This document shows, piece after piece, positions 17,409 through 27,057 of a stretch of 64,000 nt of DNA. This stretch comes from Polyangia bacterium (lineage in GTDB: Bacteria > Myxococcota_A > Polyangia > Fen-1088). The translations under genes and the position numbers were made by a program. The stretch covers positions 662 to 64,661 of the forward strand of contig DASXOE010000041.1 of the NCBI GenBank assembly GCA_036494575.1, read 5' to 3'. Each line of letters starts with the position of its first letter. Within the stretch, counting starts at the first letter, position 1. The notes beneath the pieces are model-generated. The model searched no databases and was not told the origin of the DNA. It was given only the letters and a program-made list of their open reading frames with translations.

Positions 17409-17633
17409 GACGACCTCCTGACCGAAGAACCTAGGGACGTGACGTCGGCAGTCAATTGGACGTCGGTCGCACGTTCAGGTCCGGTCCCGACAGCGCCATT
17501 CCGGGAGGACGCGCGTGGGGGACACACCTCGTTACTCGCGTGCGACGGACGGCGGCCGTGAACGACACCGTCCGGTAACGTTCGGCGGCGCGAGGTGAAA
17601 AAAGACGAGTGGGAGCGCGTCTCGGTCGACTGG

Positions 17634-17650
17634 CTCAAGCATTGCTTGAG
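17634..17650. promoter_or_regulatory. 8+1+8 perfect palindrome ctcaagca-t-tgcttgag in the sigma-factor leader
   Basis: Read directly from the sequence. It ends 8 nt before the ATG at 17659. Confidence 0.3.
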
Positions 17651-17658
17651 AGCGTCGC

Positions 17659-18771
17659 ATGCCAAGTACCGCCCACTTAAGAGTCAACGAGGGTCGCTCG
17701 CCCGAGTCCCGCCCCGCGCATCGCGCGCCGAAGGCCACGCAGACGCCGCAACCTCGCACGGAGCTCCGAGCGCAACTCCGCCCGCAACTGCGACCGCAAC
17801 TGCGACCGCAACTCCGACCGATAGAAGATTGGGAGGAGCCAAAGCCGAGCAACGTACGCTCGCGCGCCGTCGTTCCGGAGCGTCCCGACAGTCCTTCGAA
17901 GAAGATGATGACCTACTTCCAAGAGCTGAGGAGGCATCCGCTCCTGACGCGCGATGAAGAGCAGCGCATCGCGCTCGAGCTCGCCGCGACGGGCGACCAG
18001 AAGCTCGCGCGCCGCCTCGTGACGGCGAACCTCCGGCTCGTCGTGAAGATCGCCCTCGAGTATCGGACGGCGCGCCACAACCTGCTCGACCTCGTCCAAG
18101 AGGGCAACCTCGGGCTCATTCACGCCGTGCAGAAGTACGATCCTCATCGCGGCGTCAAGCTCGCGACCTACGCCTCTTGGTGGATTCGCGCCTATATCTT
18201 GAAGTTCATCCTGTCGAATGCGCGGCTCGTGAAGCTGGGCACGACGCAGGCGCAACGCCGGCTGTTCTTCGGTCTGCGGCGCGAGAAGGCGCGCCTCGCG
18301 GGGCGGGACGGCACCGCGGCCGGCGCGCAACAGCTCGCGGCTGCGTTCTCCGTGAGCGAACAAGAGGTCGTCGACATGGAGCGGCGCCTGTCGGCTTACG
18401 ACGCCTCGCTCGACTGGCCGACGCGCGGCGACGACGACGAGCGTACCCTCGGCGAGGGCCTGAGCGCCGAGGCGACCTTGCGTCCGGACGTCGCGGCGGA
18501 GTCGCAGGAGTTCAACGGCATCCTCGGACGCGAGGTGCGCGTCTTCCAGGAGACCCTGACGGGACGCGACGCCGAGATCTTCAACGGGCGGCTCGTCTGC
18601 GAGGACCCGACGACGCTGGCCGAGATCGCGGGGCGCTTCGGTGTGAGCCGCGAGCGCGTCCGCCAGATCGAGGAGCGCCTCAAGCTGCGCCTGCAGCGTC
18701 ACCTCCGCGCGTCGCTCGGCGACGCCGTGCCCGCGCCGAGCGCCGCCAAGCATGGCGCCGCCAGCGCCTGA
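17659..18771 (+). CDS. RpoH-like (sigma-32 / group 3) RNA polymerase sigma factor
   Basis: DLVQEGNLGLIHAVQKYDPHRGVKLATYASWWIRAYILKFIL and the RpoH-box-like LVKLGTTQAQRRLFFGLRRE. Region 4 is TLAEIAGRFGVSRERVRQIEERL. The start is uncertain: the first 83 codons have mediocre GC3 and contain a 12-bp tandem repeat, so ATG 17908 (MMTYFQELRRHPLLTRDEE) is a plausible true start. Confidence 0.85.
   Translation: MPSTAHLRVNEGRSPESRPAHRAPKATQTPQPRTELRAQLRPQLRPQLRPQLRPIEDWEEPKPSNVRSRAVVPERPDSPSKKMMTYFQELRRHPLLTRDEEQRIALELAATGDQKLARRLVTANLRLVVKIALEYRTARHNLLDLVQEGNLGLIHAVQKYDPHRGVKLATYASWWIRAYILKFILSNARLVKLGTTQAQRRLFFGLRREKARLAGRDGTAAGAQQLAAAFSVSEQEVVDMERRLSAYDASLDWPTRGDDDERTLGEGLSAEATLRPDVAAESQEFNGILGREVRVFQETLTGRDAEIFNGRLVCEDPTTLAEIAGRFGVSRERVRQIEERLKLRLQRHLRASLGDAVPAPSAAKHGAASA
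17771..17818. repeat. 4 x 12-bp tandem repeat (cgcaactSCGMC), in-frame QLRP repeats if translated
   Basis: cgcaactccgcc cgcaactgcgac cgcaactgcgac cgcaactccgac read directly from the sequence. Confidence 0.9.
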
Positions 18772-18896
18772 CGTCCGCGCGGCGAAGTCATGAGCGCATT
18801 TACCGACTCGAGCGCGGCGCGTGCACCGCGTTGGGTGTTTCGAGCGAATGATCCGCCGACCTGGACCTTGGGCGTGGATTCGCGCAGGCTGAGGGC

Positions 18897-19838
18897 ATGA
18901 TGTTCACTCCTCCCGTCGGCAACGCGGCGCTGTTCCACAGGCGCGGCCTCATGGCGCCCGTCAACGCAGACCGCGAGATCGGCGACGGCAAAACCGTCAA
19001 GCACCCGTCACCCTTCGCGCCGCGCTTCTTCGCGGACTCGGCGACGCGCGCCGACGTCGAGCCGTTGCTGCGCGCGGGCATCATCGACGGCTTGACGACC
19101 AATCCGACGCTCCTCAAGAAGGCCGGTGCGGACTCTTGGAGCCGCGCCAAGGACATCATGCGCGAGCTCTGCGCGCTGTTCCGCCCGCACCCGGTCTCGC
19201 TCGAGCTCACGGCCCTCGACGAGGAGGGCATGGTGAGGCAATCGGCCGAGCTCGCGGCCCTCGGCGACAACGCCATCATCAAGGTGCCCGTGGGCGGCTA
19301 TCGCGCCGTCAATCCCGAGGCCGATCCCTACACCGGGCTGAAGGTCATCCGACGGCTCTGGGAGCAAGGAATCCGCGTCAACACGACGCTGGTGTTCAAC
19401 ACGGCTCAGGCCCTCTGGGCGGCCAACGCGGGCGCGGTCTACGTCAGTCCCTTTCTGGGCCGGCTGGCCGACTACGCCTATTCGCACGACGACCCGCGCC
19501 GGTCGCCGGGAAACTCGCTTTACTGGGCCGAAGATCGCGTGAAGAGCACCGGCACCGAGGCCACGCACAACACGGCCTACGTCGCGACGGGTGGACCGGT
19601 CAAGGACACGGGCGCGCGGCTCATCTTCGAGATCGCGACGGTGTTCGCCAACTACCGCATCACGACGGAGATCCTGGCGGCCAGCATCCGCAATCCCGTC
19701 CAGATGATGGATTGCCTCGTCGCGGGCGCCGACATCCTCACGGTGCCGGCCGGCGTGCTCGGCACGGTGGCCGATCACCCGCTCAGCGACGAGGGCATGA
19801 AGGCCTTCGCCAAGGACGCCCAGGCCTTCACCCGCTGA
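18897..19838 (+). CDS. tal: transaldolase / fructose-6-phosphate aldolase family protein
   Basis: FFADSATRADVEPLLRAGIIDGLTTNPTLL, AIIKVP, VNTTLVFNTAQALWAANAGAVYVSPFLGRL. The N-terminal ~40 aa are an extension, so the start is uncertain (alternative ATG at 18951). Confidence 0.82.
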   Translation: MMFTPPVGNAALFHRRGLMAPVNADREIGDGKTVKHPSPFAPRFFADSATRADVEPLLRAGIIDGLTTNPTLLKKAGADSWSRAKDIMRELCALFRPHPVSLELTALDEEGMVRQSAELAALGDNAIIKVPVGGYRAVNPEADPYTGLKVIRRLWEQGIRVNTTLVFNTAQALWAANAGAVYVSPFLGRLADYAYSHDDPRRSPGNSLYWAEDRVKSTGTEATHNTAYVATGGPVKDTGARLIFEIATVFANYRITTEILAASIRNPVQMMDCLVAGADILTVPAGVLGTVADHPLSDEGMKAFAKDAQAFTR

Positions 19839-19872
19839 GCGTTCCCCGCCCCCGCGCCTGCGGCGTTGGTAC

Positions 19873-21618
<1,746 letters not shown>

Positions 21619-21623
21619 TCAAG

Positions 21624-21773
21624 ATGATGTTCCTCTCGGACACGAAGGCGCTCAAAAGCCAGCTCGCCCAATGGGCGGACCTGCCCGGCCTCGCGCGCGT
21701 CATTCCCTGCCACGGAGACCCGGTCCAGGCGGGCCCGGGGCCGGCCCTCAAGGGCGCGTCGGCGGCGCTCTGA
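21624..21773 (+). pseudogene. possible 49-aa C-terminal remnant of a larger gene (...VIPCHGDPV... tail)
   Basis: My translation is MMFLSDTKALKSQLAQWADLPGLARVIPCHGDPVQAGPGPALKGASAALstop. The frame has high GC3 but opens only ~13 codons upstream, after TAG TGA. It lies in the 264-bp gap between pgi and the receptor gene. Confidence 0.25.
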
Positions 21774-21795
21774 CGGCAGGACGGGCTCGAGCTCA

Positions 21796-24423
21796 TCAGA
21801 AGCGAGCGCGGAAGCCCACGGTGGGGAGGGGGAATCGGATGACGGTGCCCGGCTCGACCTCCTCGGGGAAGACCGCGGCGTTCGTGACGTCGACGTAGAA
21901 GTCGAGCAGCCACTTCTTCCAGACGGCCCGCTTGTCGATGCGAAAGTCGAAACGGAAGTAACCCGTGCCGTAAGCGGCGTTGTAGCCGGCGGTCGTCGTC
22001 GTGGGCCGGCCGCTCTCGTACTGCAGGCGGACGCCCAGATCCCAGTTGCGGCGCAGCGGCATCCCGGCGACGAGGTTGAAGAGGTGCGTTCGGTCGAAGT
22101 CGTAGGGCGCCCAGCTCCCGTCGCGGTACCGCTCCGAGCGCGAGAGCGTGTAAGAGATCCACCCGAAGACGCCGGTCTTCGAGCGGCGGCGCAGCAAGAC
22201 CTCGAAGCCGTAGGCGCGGCCGAGCTGCGGCATCGTCAAGCGATCGATGAACTGCTGGGCGTCCATCGGCGGCATGACGATGTTCGTCGGCAGGACAGTT
22301 TGGTTGGCGGCCGTGACGACGGAGGTGGAGTTCAAGGACAGGTCGAAGATCGTCGGGTCCATGTAGTTGAAGAAGCCCTCGAGCGAAACCTCGAGCCGGT
22401 TTCGCAGCGGGACGTCGGCGCCGAGGCTGGTCTGGTAGGAACGGAGCAGCCCGTACTTGAGCGGCATGATGTCGAGGCCCGGCAGCGGCAGCACGAAGCG
22501 CGGGGGCTGGTGATAGATGCCGGCGCTGGCCTTGAGCCACACGGCGCGGTCGTCGCTGCCGGCGGTGAGCTCGGGCAGGTTGCGCTCGAACAGCCGGTAG
22601 CGCGCCGTGAGCCGGGGATCGGCGGCGCCCTTGGTCGCCGTATCGTCCTCGTAGACGTCGGCGCGCACGCCGGGGCGCAGGAGGAGCGTGGGCGTGGGCC
22701 GCCAGATCGCCTCGAGATACGAAGACTCCGTGTAGACCTTCCCGATGGAGGCCGTGAGCGAGGAGAAGGCGTTGGTGGCGGCCACCGCCGCCGCGCCCTG
22801 CTGGACGTCGCGAAACGCGCCCGAGACACCGCCGGCCAAGCGGAGCTGCTCGCTCTGCGTCCACTGCGCCGAGATGGAGGGCTCGGCGCTCCACACCGAG
22901 AAGTCCGTCCCCATGCTGACCGTGCGGTCGTACCCGAGCACGGCCCTGAACGTCTCCTCGAGCCGGCCCTGCGTTCGGTGCTCGCGCAGGTCGAGGCGGT
23001 GGAATCCGAGGACGAGCGAGGGCTGGAGCGGCGGGTTCGGGTCAGTCGGAGCTGCGGTGGCCGCGGGCGTGTCGAGCTCGTCGCGCGCGCCGAACAAGAA
23101 GGCCGTCCAGCCGTTGGCGGCGTTGCCGCCGTCGAGCCGCAGCTGGTAGTCCCAATACGACAGCGAGATCTGATTCGTGGCGAGGCCGAGCAAGAAGCCG
23201 GGGTAGCCGTAGCGCCCGGCGGCGGTCACGGTGGCGCCGAGGCCCGGCACGGGCCCGCGCACGAGGGCGCCGGTCTGCAGGAGGTTGAGGTCGATGTCGA
23301 CGAGGCGCTCGTCGGGCCGCGCGCGCGCGGTGCGGCCGTCGACGATGCCGCCCACGTAGCCGCCGTAGGGCGCGGGCGCGCCGCCCGGGAAGAACTGGAT
23401 CTCGTCGATGAAATCGGGATGGATGACGCTCGTCGCGAGCAGCAGGTGGAAGAGGAGCGGCACCCGGATGCCGTCGAGCAGGAAGCCCGTCGAGCTGGGG
23501 CTCGAGCCGCGCACGACGGGGAAGGGCAGCAGCGACACCACCGACGAGACCCCCGGCAACGTCTGGATGACGCGAAAGGGATCGCCGAACGTCCCCGGGA
23601 TCTGTTCGATCTCGGCGCCGCGCAATGAGATGCGCGAGACCTCCTCGCGCCGCCGCGCGCCGACCACGATCGTCTCGTACGAGTTGTAGCGATCGCGCTC
23701 GACGAGGTACGTGACCGCGAGCTCCTGATTGGCCGTGAGCGTCTCTTGCTGGACGAAGGGGTTGTGATCGGCCGCGAACACGGAGATGCGCGTCGGGCCC
23801 GGCGGCAGCGGCAGCCTAAAGCGCCCTTCGGCGTCGGATTCGGCGGAGTAATATTGATCGCCGATGACGGCCGAGACGGTCGCGTGGCGCAGGGCCGCGC
23901 GCGTCCCGAGCTCGACGAGGCGGCCGCGCAGGACGGCGGTGAGCGCCGGGCCCTGCGCCGTCGCCGCCGCGACGGGCCGCGGCCGGGGCAGGAACCGCTG
24001 CGTGAACGTGACTTCGACGGGTACGGCCGCGCCCTTGTAGCGGCCCGCCTCGAACTTGAAGTCGCGCGCGGCCGTGAGCACGGCCTCGTCGAAGGGCGGC
24101 CGCGGCGGCGTGCGCAGCTCGGCCTTCGTGACCGCGCCGGTCTTGTCGACGAGGAGCTTCACCGTGACGACGACCGGCTCCGTGATGTCCGGGGCGCCGG
24201 GTGGATACGCCACGTGCGTGTCGGTGAGCGCGCGCGGCGGCTCGAATGTGGCGCCGCCGTCGGGTGGGCCACCGTCCCGCGGGGCTTCGGCCCCGGCGTC
24301 CGCGGGCGTCGCATCGCCTGCGTCGGCGAAGGGCGCGGGCGCGTCCGGAGCCGCGGCGTCCGCACGCGCGAACGCCGCGGTCGGCGTCATGAGCGCGAGG
24401 AGAAACGCGAGTCTCAACGCCAC
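21796..24423 (-). CDS. TonB-dependent receptor-like outer-membrane protein with N-terminal TonB_C and CarboxypepD_reg domains
   Basis: ORF 21796..24873 trimmed to GTG 24423 (VALRLAFLLALMTPTAAFA signal). TonB_C-like segment VAYPPGAP..VVVTVKLLVDKTGAVTKAEL...VLTAARDFKFEAGRYKGAAVPVEVTFTQRF. CarboxypepD_reg segment LRGRLVE...AESDAEGRFRLPLPPG. Plug segment EIEQIPGTFGDPFRVIQTLPGV. C-terminal ...GFRARF. Confidence 0.85.
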   Translation of the reverse strand: MALRLAFLLALMTPTAAFARADAAAPDAPAPFADAGDATPADAGAEAPRDGGPPDGGATFEPPRALTDTHVAYPPGAPDITEPVVVTVKLLVDKTGAVTKAELRTPPRPPFDEAVLTAARDFKFEAGRYKGAAVPVEVTFTQRFLPRPRPVAAATAQGPALTAVLRGRLVELGTRAALRHATVSAVIGDQYYSAESDAEGRFRLPLPPGPTRISVFAADHNPFVQQETLTANQELAVTYLVERDRYNSYETIVVGARRREEVSRISLRGAEIEQIPGTFGDPFRVIQTLPGVSSVVSLLPFPVVRGSSPSSTGFLLDGIRVPLLFHLLLATSVIHPDFIDEIQFFPGGAPAPYGGYVGGIVDGRTARARPDERLVDIDLNLLQTGALVRGPVPGLGATVTAAGRYGYPGFLLGLATNQISLSYWDYQLRLDGGNAANGWTAFLFGARDELDTPAATAAPTDPNPPLQPSLVLGFHRLDLREHRTQGRLEETFRAVLGYDRTVSMGTDFSVWSAEPSISAQWTQSEQLRLAGGVSGAFRDVQQGAAAVAATNAFSSLTASIGKVYTESSYLEAIWRPTPTLLLRPGVRADVYEDDTATKGAADPRLTARYRLFERNLPELTAGSDDRAVWLKASAGIYHQPPRFVLPLPGLDIMPLKYGLLRSYQTSLGADVPLRNRLEVSLEGFFNYMDPTIFDLSLNSTSVVTAANQTVLPTNIVMPPMDAQQFIDRLTMPQLGRAYGFEVLLRRRSKTGVFGWISYTLSRSERYRDGSWAPYDFDRTHLFNLVAGMPLRRNWDLGVRLQYESGRPTTTTAGYNAAYGTGYFRFDFRIDKRAVWKKWLLDFYVDVTNAAVFPEEVEPGTVIRFPLPTVGFRARF

Positions 24424-25187
24424 GTGACGCTCCAGGTCCCCGTGACGCCGGCGTGAGGCCACCACTGGCGGCGCACGATGGCCTGGCCGGTGTCGGGCTC
24501 GACGCGACCCGTGTCGTCGCTGCAACCGGTCCACTGGCCTAGCCCCTCGAGGCCGAGGCTCGTCGCCGCGCGCGGCCCCAGAACGATCGACCATTCGGCG
24601 CGCACGAGGCCGGCCGCGCCGACGCCGCTGCAGCTCGGCAGCGGTGGCGACGGGCTCGGGAACGTGTACGAGGTATCGATCGTGCTCGGCAGCGGCGAGA
24701 TGTCGGGGCGGCCAGTGCGTCCCTCGACGATGCCGCCGAACCCGAGCCCCACGGCCAGCGACAGATGCTCCGTGGCGTGCCAGGTCGGATCGATCGTGCC
24801 TGCGAACCTCAGGCCCGACAGCCCGCCCGCCGCGGAAGCGCTCGCGTATTGAAACGACGCCAGGATGGACCACGCGGGGTCGAGCCGAATTCCGAACTTG
24901 ATCGTCGGGCCGAGGAGGCGCCCGCTCGGCGCGCCCTCGAGCCCCACCAAGCGTCCGTAGGTCAGGCCGAGCGCGAGGCGAAAGCCGCTGCGCTTCCAGG
25001 CGTCACGATCGGCCTCCGTGGGCAGCGAGAGGCGTGGTTCGCCTTCGTCGTCCTTCACCGCCGGTGCCGCCGCCGGGCCGGGGGGGGGCGTCGGCGTTGG
25101 CTGCGCGCGCGCCGGGCCCGCGTCCAATGCGAGCGCGAGCGCGAAAGGGATCGCGAGCAGATTCCTTCGATGGGATGGCCGGTTCAT
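24414..25187 (-). CDS. hypothetical secreted Gly/Ala-rich beta-rich protein (small OM barrel candidate)
   Basis: 257 aa. Signal peptide MNRPSHRRNLLAIPFALALALDAGPARA, and a high-GC3 frame. The stop overlaps the receptor GTG by 10 nt. Confidence 0.65.
   Translation of the reverse strand: MNRPSHRRNLLAIPFALALALDAGPARAQPTPTPPPGPAAAPAVKDDEGEPRLSLPTEADRDAWKRSGFRLALGLTYGRLVGLEGAPSGRLLGPTIKFGIRLDPAWSILASFQYASASAAGGLSGLRFAGTIDPTWHATEHLSLAVGLGFGGIVEGRTGRPDISPLPSTIDTSYTFPSPSPPLPSCSGVGAAGLVRAEWSIVLGPRAATSLGLEGLGQWTGCSDDTGRVEPDTGQAIVRRQWWPHAGVTGTWSVTWR
25080..25088. repeat. G9 (C9 on the coding strand) homopolymer inside CDS 24414..25187
   Basis: Read directly from the sequence. It encodes PPP in ...QPTPTPPPGPAAAP, just after the signal peptide. 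Confidence 0.95.
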
Positions 25188-25209
25188 GCGAGGCTCGGGC
25201 GCGCGTCGG

Positions 25210-26322
25210 TCAGTGACACGGCCACCAGGCCGGTGGCGTTGCCGTGAAGTCCCAGTCGGGAACGGAGCACGTCACACTTTCCCGGCAACCACGCAACGTG
25301 TAGTGCGTGAGGCCCTTGCAATGATCGCTGGCGTGGCCCGAGAGGACGAGCTGGATCAGGGTCGACGGCGTCCCCATGCCGCCCGTGTCGAACGACGGCA
25401 GGTGCGCGCACGCCATGACGCGCCCCCCGAAATCGGGCGCGCTCTCCGGAGGCTCGCGGTAGCGCGTGCTGCTGTCCGCCGTTCGTTCGTCGCACCCGAC
25501 CTCCTCGACATGCGCCGGCGCTTGGGCCGCAATGGCTGTCACGGTGTCGTCCGGCGCCGAGTCGAAGCAGCTGCGCTCGGCCGGGAGGGCTCCCGCGAGC
25601 GCGGACGCGAGGTCCGGCGCCATCGAGAACCCGCCCGCGCCGACCACCGAAAAGCCCGGCCGCGGAGCGGAGCAGCCCCCCCGCGGGTAGAAGGCGGTCG
25701 GCGTGAAGGCACCCTCGCGATAAGCGACGCGTCGATCGGGCATGGTCATGGTCACGAAGCTCGCGCCATAGATCACGTCCAGCGCATCCGCGACGTTGTC
25801 GCCGTTGGGCCCGCCGCCGCGGTCACCGCGGCCGCTGGCCGCGCGCTGAGGCTGCGAGAGGTCGAGTGTTCCGTTGCCCGCCCCGTTGCCGCCGCGGTCG
25901 TCGAACACGACGAAGCTGCCGTAGGCGACGCGCGACGTGACGTCGCCCACCAAGAGGTCCGCCGACGGAAGCTGCTCGAGCGTCAACGTCGTCGGCCCGT
26001 CCAGCGCGAGGGGAACGCTGGCGGCGACATTGGCGGGGACGAACCCGAACGGATCGCGGCAGCCCGCGGCGATGACGGCGGCGGCGTCCGGCGACTCCGC
26101 CTTTAACACGCAGAAGGGCTCGGTGAGCCACTGGTCGCCCCACACGAGCGCGACCCGAAGCTGCTGCTCGGCCTGGATTCCCGGCGGACGCAGCGCCGCC
26201 AGATCGCCGGTGAAGGTGACGTCGAACGAGACGAGCGGCGGCGCGGGCCCACCGAAGCCCTGGACCTTTCCACAAGCCGTGAGGCCGAGCGCGAGGAGGG
26301 CCGTGGTGGCGACGCGCCTCAT
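25210..26322 (-). CDS. hypothetical Cys-rich lipoprotein
   Basis: MRRVATTALLALGLTAC lipobox. Asp/Gly/Asn-rich stretches (DDRGGNGAGNGTLD, GRGDRGGGPNGDNVAD). C-terminal Cys cluster ...HCKGLTHYTLRGCRESVTCSVPDWDF..WWPCH. The ATG at 26322 overlaps the upstream stop (ATGA). Confidence 0.7.
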   Translation of the reverse strand: MRRVATTALLALGLTACGKVQGFGGPAPPLVSFDVTFTGDLAALRPPGIQAEQQLRVALVWGDQWLTEPFCVLKAESPDAAAVIAAGCRDPFGFVPANVAASVPLALDGPTTLTLEQLPSADLLVGDVTSRVAYGSFVVFDDRGGNGAGNGTLDLSQPQRAASGRGDRGGGPNGDNVADALDVIYGASFVTMTMPDRRVAYREGAFTPTAFYPRGGCSAPRPGFSVVGAGGFSMAPDLASALAGALPAERSCFDSAPDDTVTAIAAQAPAHVEEVGCDERTADSSTRYREPPESAPDFGGRVMACAHLPSFDTGGMGTPSTLIQLVLSGHASDHCKGLTHYTLRGCRESVTCSVPDWDFTATPPAWWPCH

Positions 26323-26945
26323 GGTTGCCACCCCGCGCCGAGCTGGGCCGTCCAGCCGCGGACGAGCGCGCCGTCGGAGAGGAGGGCAGAGGGGCCCCCG
26401 CTCAAGGTCATGAGCCAGCGACCCGCCACGTGAACGGACACGACCGCTTCGAGCTCACCCGCCGGCAGCGCGACGAGCGCCGACGTCTCGAGGTCGCTCC
26501 CCGTGAGGTGGGCGCGGCTTCCCTGGTTGCGGATCCTGTCCTCGTAAACGAACGTGGGGCCAAGACCCAGGCGGAGCCCGAAGGCGCCGCGCCCGACGGG
26601 CTGCTGGACGGCCGCCACGGCGCGCAGGCGGAAGGCTTGCTGCGTGACGGTCCAGACGAGCGACGACTCGGTGGACGTCGACCACGACGCGCGCACGCCC
26701 CACGCGAGCCGCCGTCCCACCGTGAGGCCGCCGCCCACGCCCGTCGACAGGCCGGTCGACAAGGTCAGCGGCGGGCCCATCAGCAGGCCCGCGTCGACGG
26801 CCAGCGGACCCTTCGAGGTCACCGTCCACTGGGCGTCGTCGAGGCGCGGCGCCTCCGCGGCTTCGACGACGGCTGACAGCGCGAGGATGAGGAGGACGGG
26901 GGCCGCGAAGCGCACGGTCCCATGAGTTGCCGCCCGGCTGCTCAC
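26319..26945 (-). CDS. hypothetical secreted beta-rich protein (small OM barrel candidate)
   Basis: 208 aa. Signal peptide ...RFAAPVLLILALSAVVEA, with alternating Gly/hydrophobic strands. Confidence 0.6.
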   Translation of the reverse strand: MSSRAATHGTVRFAAPVLLILALSAVVEAAEAPRLDDAQWTVTSKGPLAVDAGLLMGPPLTLSTGLSTGVGGGLTVGRRLAWGVRASWSTSTESSLVWTVTQQAFRLRAVAAVQQPVGRGAFGLRLGLGPTFVYEDRIRNQGSRAHLTGSDLETSALVALPAGELEAVVSVHVAGRWLMTLSGGPSALLSDGALVRGWTAQLGAGWQP

Positions 26946-27057
26946 CCTTCGGGTGTTCTACTTCGATTCGGCCGGATGAGCCCGCGCATTTCCGCGCGGC
27001 GTGCGCGCGCTCACGCGCCGAGAGCAGACTGCGCTTCGCGTTCGGCGCGCGCGCGAA

